Shown in pieces: positions 37,436 to 49,086 of a stretch of DNA of 64,000 nucleotides. Position 1 is the stretch's first letter. The number at the start of each line of letters is the position of its first letter. Source of the DNA: a virus; IMG/VR virus record IMGVR_UViG_3300045125_000034, positions 1 to 64,000 of that record; one strand, written 5' to 3'. The position numbers and the translations under genes were made by a program. The notes under the pieces were generated by a model that ran no database searches, was not told where the DNA came from, and saw only the letters and a program-made list of their open reading frames with translations.

Positions 37436-37646
37436 TTCAGGAGTTAGGAGTGGAATACAAGTTCTATCCAACTGATGACAACGGTAATGAAATCCGCGAC
37501 CCCGAAACGGTGCGGAAGTATCATCATGCCATCATGTTGTTTGGAATGAAGTTTAGTGAGTATGTGAAGGAGATGGATCCTGACCTTTGGAAGAGAGCCG
37601 CAGATTATGCTGCCTCCTTCACAAAGGTTGATGGAATAGAATTCAT

Positions 37647-37718
37647 GGGCCGATAGTTCAACGGGAGAACAATGCCTTTGCAAGGCATGGGTTGGAGGTT
37701 CGAATCCTCTTCGGTCCA
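37647..37718 (+). tRNA. tRNA-Ala(UGC)
   Basis: G3.U70; ATGCC-TTTGCAA-GGCAT. Confidence 0.93.
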
Positions 37719-37956
37719 CTACGGAGGTAATCATGACAAGTCTAAACTCATACACGCCCGGACAGGGCTACAAAGAAGGCTACAATGATCGCATGAATGG
37801 TCTAGCGGATCGTTCTATCACTCATGCTACCACAGAGCCGTTTTGGATGGAGTATCGGCAGGGCTATATGCAAGCCGAGAGAAACATTATTGAGAAGGCT
37901 CGTCAGGAAGTCAGCTTGAGAGCCGCAGGTTCTTGGCAGAATGAATTTCGAAAAAA

Positions 37957-38044
37957 GGACAGATGGCAGAGCGGTTTAATGCGGCGGTCTTGAAAACCGC
38001 TGAAGGGTGCATAGCCCTTCGGGGTTCGAATCCCTCTCTGTCCG
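37957..38044 (+). tRNA. tRNA-Ser(UGA)
   Basis: GCGGT-CTTGAAA-ACCGC; long variable arm. Confidence 0.92.
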
Positions 38045-38049
38045 CTTTG

Positions 38050-38133
38050 GCGTGGGTTCCCGGAGTGGTCAAACGGGACAGACTGTAAATCTGTTGGCTT
38101 TCGTCTTCGTAGGTTCGAATCCTACCTCACGCA
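38050..38133 (+). tRNA. tRNA-Tyr(GUA)
   Basis: ACAGA-CTGTAAA-TCTGT; long variable arm. Confidence 0.92.
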
Positions 38134-38136
38134 CTT

Positions 38137-38221
38137 GGGCAGATGGCAGAGTGGTCTAATGCAGCGGTCTACTAAACCGCAGAGGTTAACGCCTCCGAGG
38201 GTTCGAATCCTTCTCTGCCCG
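38137..38221 (+). tRNA. tRNA-Ser with anticodon read as ACU (GCU if miscalled)
   Basis: GCGGT-CTACTAA-ACCGC; long variable arm; G73. Confidence 0.85.
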
Positions 38222-38245
38222 CTTGGAATGCTAAATATGATAGCC

Positions 38246-38609
38246 ATGCACATATCATTCTTCCTACAACTACAATCTCAACTACGAGTCCTTCATTGGC
38301 AAACCAAGTCGTATGCCGAGCTACAAGGCTCTAGGTAAACTATACGATGCTTTGGACGGTTTGATTGACACCTATGTTGAGACCCATGCAGGAAAGTATG
38401 GCAACACCTTGGGCAATCCAAACTTCTCATTCAGCGTCAGCAACTACAAGGACTCCAATTCGTTGGGTGTCATCACCACGGCTATTGAGTTCCTGTCTAT
38501 TGAGTTGCCCAAGAAGTTGAATCCTAACACCGACACGGATCTACTAAACATTCGTGACGAGATGCTTGGTGCGCTCAATCAGACAAAATATCTGCTTCGT
38601 CTAGAATAG
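38246..38609 (+). CDS. Ferritin/Dps-like phage protein (DUF5856 type), frameshifted
   Basis: LHWQTKSYAE(H)KALGKLYD...LIDTYVE...DLLNIRDEM...YLLRL. Confidence 0.8.
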
Positions 38610-38655
38610 TTGTTGACGGCGAGCGGTTCGTCGGCTATAATACTCTAGACAACTT

Positions 38656-38728
38656 GGCCCCTATCGTCTAGTGGTTAGGATCAGAGACTTTCATTCTCTT
38701 GGCCGGGGTTCGAATCCCCGTAGGGTCA
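38656..38728 (+). tRNA. tRNA-Glu(UUC)
   Basis: AGAGA-CTTTCAT-TCTCT; promoter TTGACG-N17-TATAAT at 38613-38641. Confidence 0.92.
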
Positions 38729-38734
38729 CTAAAA

Positions 38735-39018
38735 CCTTGATGGGATTGTTAACCCCATCAAAAACTCTGACTGTCCATCACACCTACCTGCCCACTAACG
38801 GTAGGAACCCTAGTGTGCGATGCGGTTGGAGGGCGTAGTTGAGTGCTTCTTCTAGATGTACACTAGAGAGCAACAGGTCTACTGCCTTTCTTTTTACGGG
38901 GGTTGTTCTTCGGTTAAAGCAGTAACAACCAAAGGTAGAATTGTCGGTGGCATGATCGCTAGTTACTGAGTTCTTGTAAGTTAAACATCGGCAGCGGGTT
39001 CGAATCCCGCACCCCCCT
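38735..39018 (+). ncRNA. Structured ncRNA ending in a tRNA-like T-arm/acceptor domain
   Basis: Several long stems; GCGGG-TTCGAAT-CCCGC-ACCCCCC can pair with GGGGGT at 38898. Confidence 0.55.
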
Positions 39019-39033
39019 TTAGGAGTCTACACC

Positions 39034-40089
39034 ATGAAGATTGAAGAAGATGTCAAGTTGGATTTCGCTGATGTCCTGATTCGTCCTAAGCGAAGCAACC
39101 TTGAGAGCCGCAGCAAGGTTGACCTAAACCGAACATTCAAGTTCACTTTGCCAAACGGCGAAGAGACATGGACAGGCATTCCTCTCGTAGCGGCTAACAT
39201 GGATTCAACAGGGACCATCCCTATGGCTAAAGCACTATCCAAGTGGGAGGCTATGGGTGCGGTTCATAAGCATGTTCCGATTCGTGAGTGGAAGGAAGCC
39301 AACATTCACGATTGGTTTCCCGCCGCCATCTCATGCAACATCATCTATACGATGGGCATGGGAGACAACAACAGCAACGCCAAGGAGATGTTGAAGGCTC
39401 AAGAGGTGCTTGATACGCACCCACAGATCAAGTTCATCTGTATTGATGTTGCTAACGGATACACACAGAAGTTCGTCAACTTCGTTAGCAACATTCGTGG
39501 GTTCTTCCCGAAGCACATCATCATTGCAGGTAATGTAGTCACGCGAGGAGATGACGGAGGCACTACTTCTCGCAGGTGCTAACATCGTCAAGGTTGGTAT
39601 TGGGCACGGCTCAGTATGCACTACACGCAAGGTCGCGGGCGTGGGGTATCCACAACTCTCTGCAATCATGGAGTGTGCTGATGCTGCTCATGGTCTTGGC
39701 GGTTTCGTCATGGCTGATGGTGGCTGCACTTGTCCGGGTGACATCGCAAAGGCATACGGTGCGGGTGCTGACTTTGTGATGATCGGCGGTATGCTCTGCG
39801 GAAGCGGACGAGGCAGCAGGAGAGATCACAGAGAACGGCAAGGAGTTCTATGGCATGAGTTCTGCTGATGCTATGCAAAAGTATCTCAGGCGGTGTTGCT
39901 GCCTACCGTGCACCAGAGGGCAAGAAGGTTTATGTCAAGGCTAGTGGTCCTGCCGATGCAACGATTCGACAGATACTTGGTGGAGTTCGTTCTGCTTGCA
40001 CTTATGTCGGTGCAGAGAGGTTGAAAGACCTTCCGAAATGTACAACATTCGTGAGGGTTAACCGGCAACTCAACAACATCTTCACCTAA
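39034..40089 (+). CDS. guaC: GMP reductase (frameshifted)
   Basis: [75 protein letters not shown]. Confidence 0.95.
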
Positions 40090-40105
40090 CTACTAATGGC
40101 ACTAT

Positions 40106-40177
40106 GCGGATGTAACTCAATGGCAGAGTGTTGGCCTTCCATGCCAAATGTTGAGGGTTCGACTCCCTTCATCCGCT
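40106..40177 (+). tRNA. tRNA-Gly(UCC)
   Basis: TTGGC-CTTCCAT-GCCAA. Confidence 0.93.
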
Positions 40178-40180
40178 TTA

Positions 40181-40255
<75 letters not shown>

Positions 40256-40651
40256 TATAGGAGGTTTTATGGGCGGTAAACATTCAGCAGGTAAGGGAGA
40301 CACCTACAGGAAGGTGGACTACGGTTTATGGTCTAAAAATTGGGATGCGATTTTCCAAAAGAAGACCAAGAAGAAGAGTGTAAAACTTGCACCCAAGCGA
40401 AAGCCGTGATTATACTAAACACTATATCACAACTAGAGTCGCCGTGATGTATGGCGGGTCGCTTTGGAGAAAGAGATGGTCATAGAAGATTTCGCCACAC
40501 ACGCAAACATCGGAGAGTTTGCCCGTAGAGGCTGCACGGATCGTAGAGTGGGAGACTGAGGGTAAGTTCGGAACGACACAAGCGTTTGAAGAGATCAAGA
40601 AGGCTTATCTTGCTTTGAAGCAGGCTAACGCAGAGATCAAGGGACTAACAA

Positions 40652-41273
40652 ATGGATGAAGAGATGGAGACATACAGCAGAGAACTAATCACCGAGATAT
40701 CATTGTCTCGCGTCTTCTCTCATGTTGAGGAAGAGACCGTTCGCTTATCCTCACCGCGTTTCGTGGTAGCAACTCTCTGCAAGTAAACAGAACGCAGAAC
40801 AAGAAACTTGAGAACGACATTCGCTCCGCAGGGTTTGGCTTTGAGAAGGTTGTTGGAACCTACGAAGAAGACCTTGGCGATGGCAAGAAGCGTAGAGTAA
40901 CCGAAGAGTCTTTCATGATTATCGGTGACGATGACTCTGATGCAAAGGTGGGTGCTATCAAGGGTTTCGCTAAGAAGATGGGAGCAAAGTACGAGCAGGA
41001 CGCTATCTTCTTCAAGTCGCCAAAGTCCCCACAGGGCTTCGTGATTGGAACCAAAGCAGATGCATGGCACGTTGCATGGGCAAGGAAGAGTCTGTTGGTG
41101 AGTTCAAGCCCAACCGACTAAGTGGTATCTACACAGCATTGAAGACCAAGAACAAGGAACCCATTCGCGGTTTCAAGTTTGAGGAGTTTCATCACCCAAT
41201 GACCGTGACTCAGATTTGGGTGCGTCATCTCATGAAGAAGAAAGGTATAGACAATGGTGAACAAGTTTCGTGA
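40652..41273 (+). CDS. Conserved T4-like phage protein, possible internal protein (frameshifted)
   Basis: ...RELITE-ISLSR...EESFMI...KYEQDAIFFK. Confidence 0.55.
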
Positions 41274-41473
41274 ACTACGCCGCCGTCGCAAGCGGAAGTA
41301 TGAAGCCCGCAAGTTGAAGCGGCAGGAAGGTCTACTCAACGCGAAGAAGGAAGCTCTTCGTAAGTTGGAAGACCGTGGCATTCTTCCCACTTGGGTTAAG
41401 AAGAAGAAGTTCTCTGCCGACCGAGAACCGACCGCATACGAGAAGGCTAGATACAAGGCTTGATCGTAAGCAT

Positions 41474-41545
41474 TCCCGAGTAGCACAGCGGTAGTGCAAT
41501 CGGCTGTTAACCGATGGGTCGTTGGTTCAAATCCAACCTTGGGAG
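41474..41545 (+). tRNA. tRNA-Asn(GUU)
   Basis: ATCGG-CTGTTAA-CCGAT. Confidence 0.93.
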
Positions 41546-41581
41546 TTGACAATACTTGGTTAGATGCTATACTACCTGTAT

Positions 41582-41655
41582 GGGATCGTAGACCAACGGC
41601 AGAGTCAACGGATTTAAAAATCCGTAAAGTATGGGTTCGAATCCCATCGGTCCTA
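41582..41655 (+). tRNA. tRNA-Leu(UAA), short variable-arm type
   Basis: ACGGA-TTTAAAA(A)-TCCGT; the extra A is probably a homopolymer error. Confidence 0.8.
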
Positions 41656-41659
41656 TAAT

Positions 41660-41744
41660 GCGGAGTGAAGCTGGAATTGGCATACACGGCGGATTCAAAA
41701 TCCGCTGCCCTCTAAAGGCGTGTGGGTTCGAATCCACCTCCGCA
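41660..41744 (+). tRNA. tRNA-Leu(CAA)
   Basis: GCGGA-TTCAAAA-TCCGC; long variable arm. Confidence 0.85.
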
Positions 41745-42697
41745 CTTCGTTCAGATTCCGTTAAGCCAACATATCTACTGTCATGGAAACCATAACACAC
41801 ATCTCTCTTGGTCTGTCCGCACTTTCTTTCATCTCCGCATTTCAGATTAAACTGTACAGGTGGGCATACGCTCGCGGTCACGCGCACGGACACCACACAG
41901 GATTTACTCACGGTCTGTGGAAGGCTCACGAAAGAAATAACCACAAAAAGACCTTGACGCAGGTCTGAGCCTGTGATACAATCTTCGTAATGGCAACCCC
42001 AATATACATCATTGGCAAAGATGAAACCTTCACCACCATCCATCAGAAGTGGGCAGACAAGTTCATCTCTATGGTCAAGAGCAACAAGACCTTGGTGTGT
42101 AAGGTTTGCAAGCACGAAGTCCCCGCCAAGGGGGATGAAGGAAAAGATGAAGATTTCGTCTGCTTCCCCTGCTTCCGCGATGAACATAATGGTGAGCCTT
42201 CAAAGAACAAAGAGTACTTTGATAGCCTGAACAAGCAGGACGCAGTAGAGAAGGTTCGTGAGGCGAAGCGAAAGCCTAGAAAGAAGAAGGTACAGAATGA
42301 CGCTACCGTATGAATCCTACAACTCTCTAGTCAACACCCGAGAGTTCCTGAAGGAAGTGATGAACAACTCCAAGATGTCCAAGGCAGAGATGCGTAAGAG
42401 GGCTAGAGATAGCTACTAAAGCATTTCCCTGCGGAGTTTGATTTCAAGAGGTGGATCATGGATCACGAAAAAGATCACCGCCGAATGGGTCAAGCCTGAA
42501 GCAGAGCAGCGTGGTTATATCTGTATTGGTCGCCATGATCCTGTAGAGTACAGCCCCGAAAATAAGGGATGGATCTTTTTGGGATGAAACATGGACACGC
42601 CCATCAAAGGGGTTCCTCTCCGAAGAGGAGTGCCAGAAGGCTCTCTCACAGTATGTAGAAGACCTTGGAAGCGGAAGAGACCTCTAAATAAGATCGC

Positions 42698-42779
42698 GTC
42701 GGTGTGGTGAAATTGGCATACACGAAAGATTTAGGTTCTTTTGCCGCGAGGCGTGTGGGTTCGACTCCCTCCACCGACA
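42698..42779 (+). tRNA. tRNA-Leu(UAG)
   Basis: AAAGA-TTTAGGT-TCTTT; long variable arm. Confidence 0.9.
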
Positions 42780-42784
42780 TTCAC

Positions 42785-42858
42785 AGTCCCATAACTCAAC
42801 GGCTAAGAGTGCTTCCTTTACACGGAAGAAGTTGTAGGTTCGAATCCTATGGGGACTA
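42785..42858 (+). tRNA. tRNA-Val(UAC)
   Basis: CTTCC-TTTACAC-GGAAG. Confidence 0.9.
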
Positions 42859-42860
42859 CT

Positions 42861-42934
42861 GCCACCTTAGCAGAGCGGTAATGCGTCGCTTTTGTAAAGC
42901 GAAGATCATGGGTTCCGATTCCCCATAGGTGGCT
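42861..42934 (+). tRNA. tRNA-Thr(UGU)
   Basis: TCGCT-TTTGTAA-AGCGA. Confidence 0.88.
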
Positions 42935-43217
42935 TCTATGCTTGAGTTTCACAATCCCATACCCGGTTGTCGTAGAAGGCGTTAAGGAAGGATACGCCAT
43001 CTATGTACGAGACTCAGGAACCTTCGAAAACGACATTTGGTGTGTGGTGCATTGTGATACGGGGGTGGTTCGCCACTACCGATCCGATCAAATCCGCATC
43101 CATTTCAACGCAACTTTCAACATCACGAAGTAGCCATTTTTATAAATACTGGTGTTCTTGGAAGGACAGATTTCTAGGAAGCATGGCCCTTCTAAAAAGG
43201 ACAGAACGGAGCCGCGA

Positions 43218-44070
43218 ATGCTAAGACCGAGGAGTTTGGTCATGGCGGGCGTTCTAACGCTCGCAGTCGTGCCACAGCGGGGCAAGTGTCCTGCCAATCA
43301 TCAGCAAATTGCGATTGCAATGGCTACAGCCAACAGGTGGTAGAGAAGGTCGTTGGGTCCAACGCAGTAGTTCACTACGACGGAAAGCCTCTTGGTTCTG
43401 GTATTGCATATCGCAAGAATGGAAAGTTGTATGTGCTATCAGCAGCACATGTGATAGAAGACGAAGATGCAGTCAAGAGCAGATATTGGTTTTGCCACAA
43501 AACTTCGTGGAGATTAAACGATACCCATCACTAATTTGTCCTGAAGATGAGCCAAGTCAGGACAAAACATGGGAACCAAGAAGATAGAGGTAACTTTGTT
43601 CTGTAGGAGAGATGGAATCTCCAATTACCAAAGAGACATGCAAGATGGTTTTAACTTGACCCCGAGTATGACTTGTGCATCTTGGAAGTTGAACAATCCA
43701 AACCATTAACTCCACTTGTTAGAGGATATGTGTTTTGACTACACCACTCCACGCTTGGGTGTGCCTGTATACATCATGGGCAATCCTTCAGCGGACTACA
43801 TGGGACTATCACCCGAGGTATCATCGGCAACAATCATAGGAGCCGTGGATCATTGTCTGAACATCTGCCTTTCTTCTACCAAACAGATGCGGACGCTGCT
43901 CCAGCTCTTCAGGCGGCGGTCTCTATCGTGCGGACACGGAGGCGCGTGTGTAGGCGTAGTTGTTATGTTGAACTGTTTAAATCGGCAGGTGTACAGCGTA
44001 CCTGTTAATGTTCCTACAAGAGACATTACTCAGGCACAATCAGATAGAATTGTTGCCTCCGAGTGCTTGA
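43218..44070 (+). CDS. Secreted trypsin-like serine protease (frameshifted)
   Basis: Signal peptide; VLSAAHV (His), EYDLCIL (Asp), QTDADAAP-SSGGG (Ser); TATAAATA at 43141. Confidence 0.75.
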
Positions 44071-44123
44071 CTTACATTTACTGTGTGATATAATCTCTCC
44101 AACACCTTTGGAGGAGGTATACT

Positions 44124-44828
44124 ATGAACATCTCCGCAAGACACAATCGCTTTGCTCAAGAATTACGCTGCGATCAACAGCAATATCGTGATTCGTTCGG
44201 GCAACATAATTAGGACCATCAGTCCAACCAAGAACATCTTCTGCGAGGCTACTGTCTCCGAAGAGTTCCCGATTGACTTTGGTATCTACGATCTGAGCAA
44301 GTTCCTTGCTACGATCAGCATGTTCAAGGATCCAACCTTTGACTTTGAGGATACCCATGTGGTCATCTCTTCAAAAGGCAGCAAGTCCAAGGTCAAAGTA
44401 TTACTACTCTGATCCTGAGCAGTTGGTGAAGAGTGACAAGAAGTTGAAGGATGCCTCCTTCTGTGGTCAACTTCCGTTTGGATGTTAAGGATCTCGTTGA
44501 GATGCAGAAGGCTTCTGCTGTTCTTGGTTGCCCCGATATAGAACTGTGTCGTAAGGGCGACCGTCTTGAACTGCGAGTACTTGACCGCAAAGACCCAACA
44601 AGCCACACCTATGCAATGGTTGTTGGCGATACCGACACAGACGCAGACTTCAAGTTCCTGTTCAAGGTTGATGCTCTTCGCATGATCCCCGGCAACTACA
44701 ATGTCGTGGTGAGTGACAAGAATGTTGCGGAGTTCCGTAGCGAGGACGGCAACACGGTGTATTGGATTTCGCTTGAGAGCGACAGCACCTACAAGGCAGG
44801 AAAGAAGTCTCATGCTACCGTTGGTTGA
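44124..44828 (+). CDS. gp45: T4 gp45-like sliding clamp (frameshifted)
   Basis: LLKNYAAINSNI, FGIYDLSKFL, YYYSDP, MIPGNYNV, YWISLESDS. Confidence 0.92.
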
Positions 44829-45749
44829 AAAGTACTCGACCTTCCAAGGTCGCAGACTGCATCCTACCCGCAAGCATCAAGAAGACCTTTGAGGATATCG
44901 TCCGACACGGGCGAAGTACCCAACATGATTCTTGCGTGGAGGTGCAGGCTGTGGTAAGACTACGGTCGCTGTTGCGATGTGCAAGGAGTTGGGTTTAGAC
45001 TACCTGTTCATCAATGCAAGCGAGGACAACGGTATTGATGTTCTTCGCACACGCATTCGCAGTTTCGCGTCCACGGTCTCTTTGAGTGGCGGCAAGAAGG
45101 TGGTCATCCTTGACGAGGCAGACTACCTAAACCCGCAGTCAACGCAGCCTGCTCTTCGTGGTGCTATTGAAGAGTTCGATAAACAACTGTCGGTTCATCC
45201 TGACCTGCAACTTCAAGACTCAGTATCATTGAGCCTCTGCACTCCGCTGCACCGTGATTGACTTCAAGATTCCTGCAAAGGAGAAGCCGTCACTCGCAGG
45301 TCAGTTTTTGGACAGAGCCAAGATGATTATGGACTCCGAGGGAGTACAGTACGAGGAGAAGGCAGTAGCCGAACTAATCATTCGCTACTACCCCGACTTC
45401 CGTAAGACCCTGAACACCATTCAGCGTCATGCTCTGTCAGGTTCCATCAACGCTTCTGTTCTGTCTAACGGTAGGGACATTGAGATAGATGCCCTCATCA
45501 AGGCAATGAAGTCCAAGTCGTTCCCGAGATTCGTAAGTGGGTTGTGGATAACTCGATAGAGAACCCGCTTCCTATTTAGGAAAATCTATGAGGGGATACA
45601 GGACAAGGTTGAAATGGGGTCAATCCCACAGGCTGTTCTCATCCTTGGGGAGTACCAATACAAGTCTGAGCTTCGTTGCAGATCAGGAACTAAACCTCGT
45701 CGCATGCTGTTTGATGCTCGCTTCGGACTGCACCTTCGCTAAACAATAG
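44811..45749 (+). CDS. gp44: T4 gp44-like clamp loader large subunit (frameshifted)
   Basis: WVEKY(RP), GGAGCGKTT, INASEDNGIDVLR, VILDEADYLNPQSTQPALRG. Confidence 0.93.
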
Positions 45750-45753
45750 TGCC

Positions 45754-46380
45754 ATGAATCACAAGATCAAAAGTCTGAACGATCTTACAATCGCGTTGCA
45801 TGAGATCAACAAGAAGTTCCGCATCACCGAGTTTGTGGACGAGTACCGCAAGGCTATTGGAGACTCTAGCACAGACATCCTGTCTCAACTAAAGCAGGAC
45901 GGTCTGTCTAATCCATTCCAAAAGATCGTCAATCTATCTTCTAAGGTGAACGAGGAAGAACTAGAGAAGTTGATGAATGTGGGCGACAAGTTGACCACCA
46001 AGTACAACTATACTGACTACTTGGATGAATGCCAAAGCCTACGCGACACCTTCCTGAAGGATCGTCGCAACTACTTCGCGTCAAAGGTTACTCGTCAGCC
46101 AACAGCAAAGAAGGATGAGATCACAAGCATCTTTGACTTGAGCGGAACTACGGATATGATCCTAGCCGACTTCATAGACAAGGCTTTGGCGATCATACAC
46201 CCGAGCCACTTGGACACGTGTATGAGGACTTGAATGGCAATCGCATCAAGACCAAGATTCGCCACAAGCCCGCATCAATCACACACGACCATGTTGAAGC
46301 CCCGCTGATTGACCGTTATCATGGCATCAATGCATACGATACCTTCTTGCTCAGGTCTTTCTACGACATCAAGAAGTGAG
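45754..46380 (+). CDS. Hypothetical protein inserted between the clamp-loader subunits
   Basis: 159-aa ORF plus frameshifted extension. Confidence 0.5.
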
Positions 46381-46457
46381 TGGGTTTACATTCCCATTCG
46401 TTTGATCGTATCCTTGACTTCCGAAGAGGATATCACAATATCCTTGACCTACAGATT

Positions 46458-46843
46458 ATGAATCCATTTGATCTTCGTAAACAGATAAACGACAAGACAG
46501 GCAACATCATAGACCGCGACTCTGACAAGGAAAAGCAGTACATTCCTTTCATAATTAATCGTGCGTTCTCACAGTTTCCTGATACGGTCATGGCAGCGAA
46601 CAGCATGAACCTCTTTCCTCACTTGGACAAGCGGTTTGCAGTACGACTTCCCACACAGGTATCAAGAAGCTAAGCGGTTCTCTCGTTGGCCCAAGGCAGA
46701 GTGGGACGAGGAGACAATAGGCATGATTGCCGAGTACTACAATGTGAGTAAGTACAGGGCAAGAGATACATGGCTCTGATGACTGAGGAAGATATTGAGT
46801 ATTTGAAGAGAAAACATGGAAAGGAGGAATCAAGGGTAAGTAA
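46458..46843 (+). CDS. gp62: T4 gp62-like clamp loader small subunit (frameshifted)
   Basis: YIPFIINRAFSQFPDTVMAANSMN...KRFSRWPK...EYYNVS..KGG. Confidence 0.85.
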
Positions 46844-46882
46844 ATGCTAACACCCCTTGGACACACATCAAGGAGTATTGTC

Positions 46883-47324
46883 ATGTCGCTAGTGGAATCC
46901 TTCGTGGAGGTTGACCTCCCAAATCCAGAGAATTTCTTGAAAGTCAAGGAAACTCTCACCCCGTATCGGGGTATCATAAGACAGAAACACAAACTACGGC
47001 AGTCCTGCCACATTCTCCACAAGAGAGGCAAGTACTACATCGTTCACTTCAAGGAACTCTTCATGTTGGACGGGTTACCTGCAAACTTCCCCAGATTCGG
47101 ACAAGGCTCTGCCGTAATACCATCTGCAATCAGTTGCAGGAGTGGGGTCTAATCAAGATCACCGATCCAAGTAAGACCAAGGAGCCTGTAGTCCCCGTAT
47201 CGTACTCCTCAAGATTCTCCCATTCGGTCAGAAGAAAGAATGGGAACTGATTCCCAAGTACAACATCGGCAGGAAGAGATCAATGGATCACGGAGAGACC
47301 TACGACCCCGACAGCGACGAGTGA
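46883..47324 (+). CDS. regA: RegA translational repressor (frameshifted)
   Basis: FLKVKETLT.IG, QSCHILHKRGKYYIVHFKELFMLDG, WELIPKYNIG. Confidence 0.95.
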
Positions 47325-47349
47325 CTAACCCTTTTTTGAAATTTACATT

Positions 47350-47886
47350 ATGGAAACACTAAAGTTAAAATACAACAAACTTTGGATAGATGTCCCCGAT
47401 CTAGCTCTCTTCGCAACCGAACAGTCTGCCTGCTTTGATGTCAAGGCGTACTTCGGTTCCAAGACCCGTATGGTGGATGCCTACGACCGCAATAACGGTC
47501 ACCACAGGCTCATGGCGGGCTTTGAGCGTCCTGATGCCCTCCGTTCCTTATAGTGCCTCCTAATGGCATTAGAGTCCTTATACCGACAGGGATAGTCCTA
47601 GACATCCCCGAGGGCTATTCCGTTCGCCTACACGCCCGTAGCGGGTTGGCGATCAAGGTGGACTAATTTTAGCAAACTCCGAGGGGGTCATAGACTCTGA
47701 CTACACCGACCAACTCATGGTGGCTGTGGTTAACATATCGGACATGCCTCACCCAGTATTACACACGGAGACCGTATCTGCCAAGGCGAGATGGTCCCCG
47801 TTCTCAAGTACTCTCTGAAACCACCGACGAGAGAATTCTCCCCAAGACTAGCCGAAAGGGTGGGTTCGGCCTCTACTGGAGTTTAA
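47350..47886 (+). CDS. dut: Trimeric dUTPase (frameshifted)
   Basis: SACFDV, IPTG, RSGLAIK, NSEGVIDSDY, GDRICQ, RKGGFGSTG. Confidence 0.9.
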
Positions 47887-47888
47887 AA

Positions 47889-48303
47889 ATGACACGCGAT
47901 GAACTGCTCAAGATTCGTGAAGACCTGACTACCAAGGCTCGCAACCTGATGAAGAAGAAGAACGCCGACTTCACGCAGGTAACGACGGGTTGGAACCGAT
48001 TGCAAATTTCACTAGAGTTGAAGGGCTAGGGCATCTGCACCACCGAACAGGGCTTCCTAGTCCGTATGACCGATAAAATGAGCCGCCTTTCGTCATTTGT
48101 TGAGTCCGGTAAGTTGGCAGTAGAGAGATGAATCTTTTGAAGATACCCTTGTAGATGTTGTAAACTATGCCGTTTTGATGTATGCTTACATACATGGCAA
48201 GAACACCAAGTCTACTCCTGTGTCTGTTCATAGCGAACCTTCTCACCCTTTCGTTCCCAAGTCAAGTTGCTGCAAGCACCAAGAACGGCAACGGACGGTT
48301 TGA
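47889..48303 (+). CDS. DUF1599 / nucleotide-modification-associated domain protein
   Basis: KKNAD(Y)...ANF...VRMTDKMSRL...ESFEDTLVDVVNYAVL. Confidence 0.75.
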
Positions 48304-48309
48304 GGAGTT

Positions 48310-48688
48310 CATTATCAATCCGTGGTCTGACACCACAGCAAACCCGTCAACTGTTGAACGCTCTGCTACAAGCTGAGAGCGGTGGCAAAGACAACGCTGT
48401 TGGTGACAACGGCAAGGCGATTGGTCCATATCAGACTTGGGAAGTGTATTGGAGAGATGCTGTTGAGTACGACCCGTCAATCGGTGGCAATACTCGGACT
48501 GCACTAACCGTGCATACGCAGAACGGATTGTGGTAATATACCGCAATCGCTATGCTTCCAAGGGTGCGACCTACGAGACTCTTGCTCGCATTCACAACGG
48601 CGGTCCATCAGGTTACAAGAAGAGTGCTACTATCAAGTATTGGAACAAGGTGAAGAATGAACTTAGAAGATCATCTATCAGGAAGTGA
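48310..48688 (+). CDS. i-type (destabilase-like) lysozyme
   Basis: QAESGG..AVGDNGKAIGPYQ..YWRDA...LARIHNGGP..YWNKV. Confidence 0.8.
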
Positions 48689-49081
48689 TGGGTATACCCC
48701 AGAACAACAAGAGGTTCCTTCTAGATTTGCAACATGTGCTTGCTAGTAAAACCAATCACGGAGTTTCACAAGGATAGGGGCAGAAGAGACAAGTTCAAGA
48801 GGCATCCAGCATGCAATTTGTGCTTGAAAAAGCATCAGAAGGTGGTAGCAAAAATTAGGAAAAACGCACCTCCAAAACCAACCGTATGCGAATGCTGTGG
48901 CAGAAATCCCGACACGGATACCACTATCAGAGGTTGGGCTATGGATCATGACCACATCACAGAAGAATTCCGTGGTTGGATATGCCAAACCTGCAACATT
49001 GGCTTGGGGCATTTCAAAGACTCTGTTGAAGGTCTTGAGAGAGCAATAGATTACTTACAAAGAACAAGTAAACGGAAATGA
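48656..49081 (+). CDS. Endonuclease VII-domain HNH protein
   Basis: CECCG...MDHDHITEEFRGWICQTCNIGLGHFKDS...AIDYL. Confidence 0.85.
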
Positions 49082-49086
49082 TAAGC

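Noticed and set aside
38735-39018. tmRNA
   Set aside because: No alanine identity pair, no recognisable tag frame, and the acceptor-enclosed domain is too short
41582-41655. 8-nt anticodon loop (frameshift or ochre suppressor)
   Set aside because: Lies in an A homopolymer; best read as Leu(UAA)
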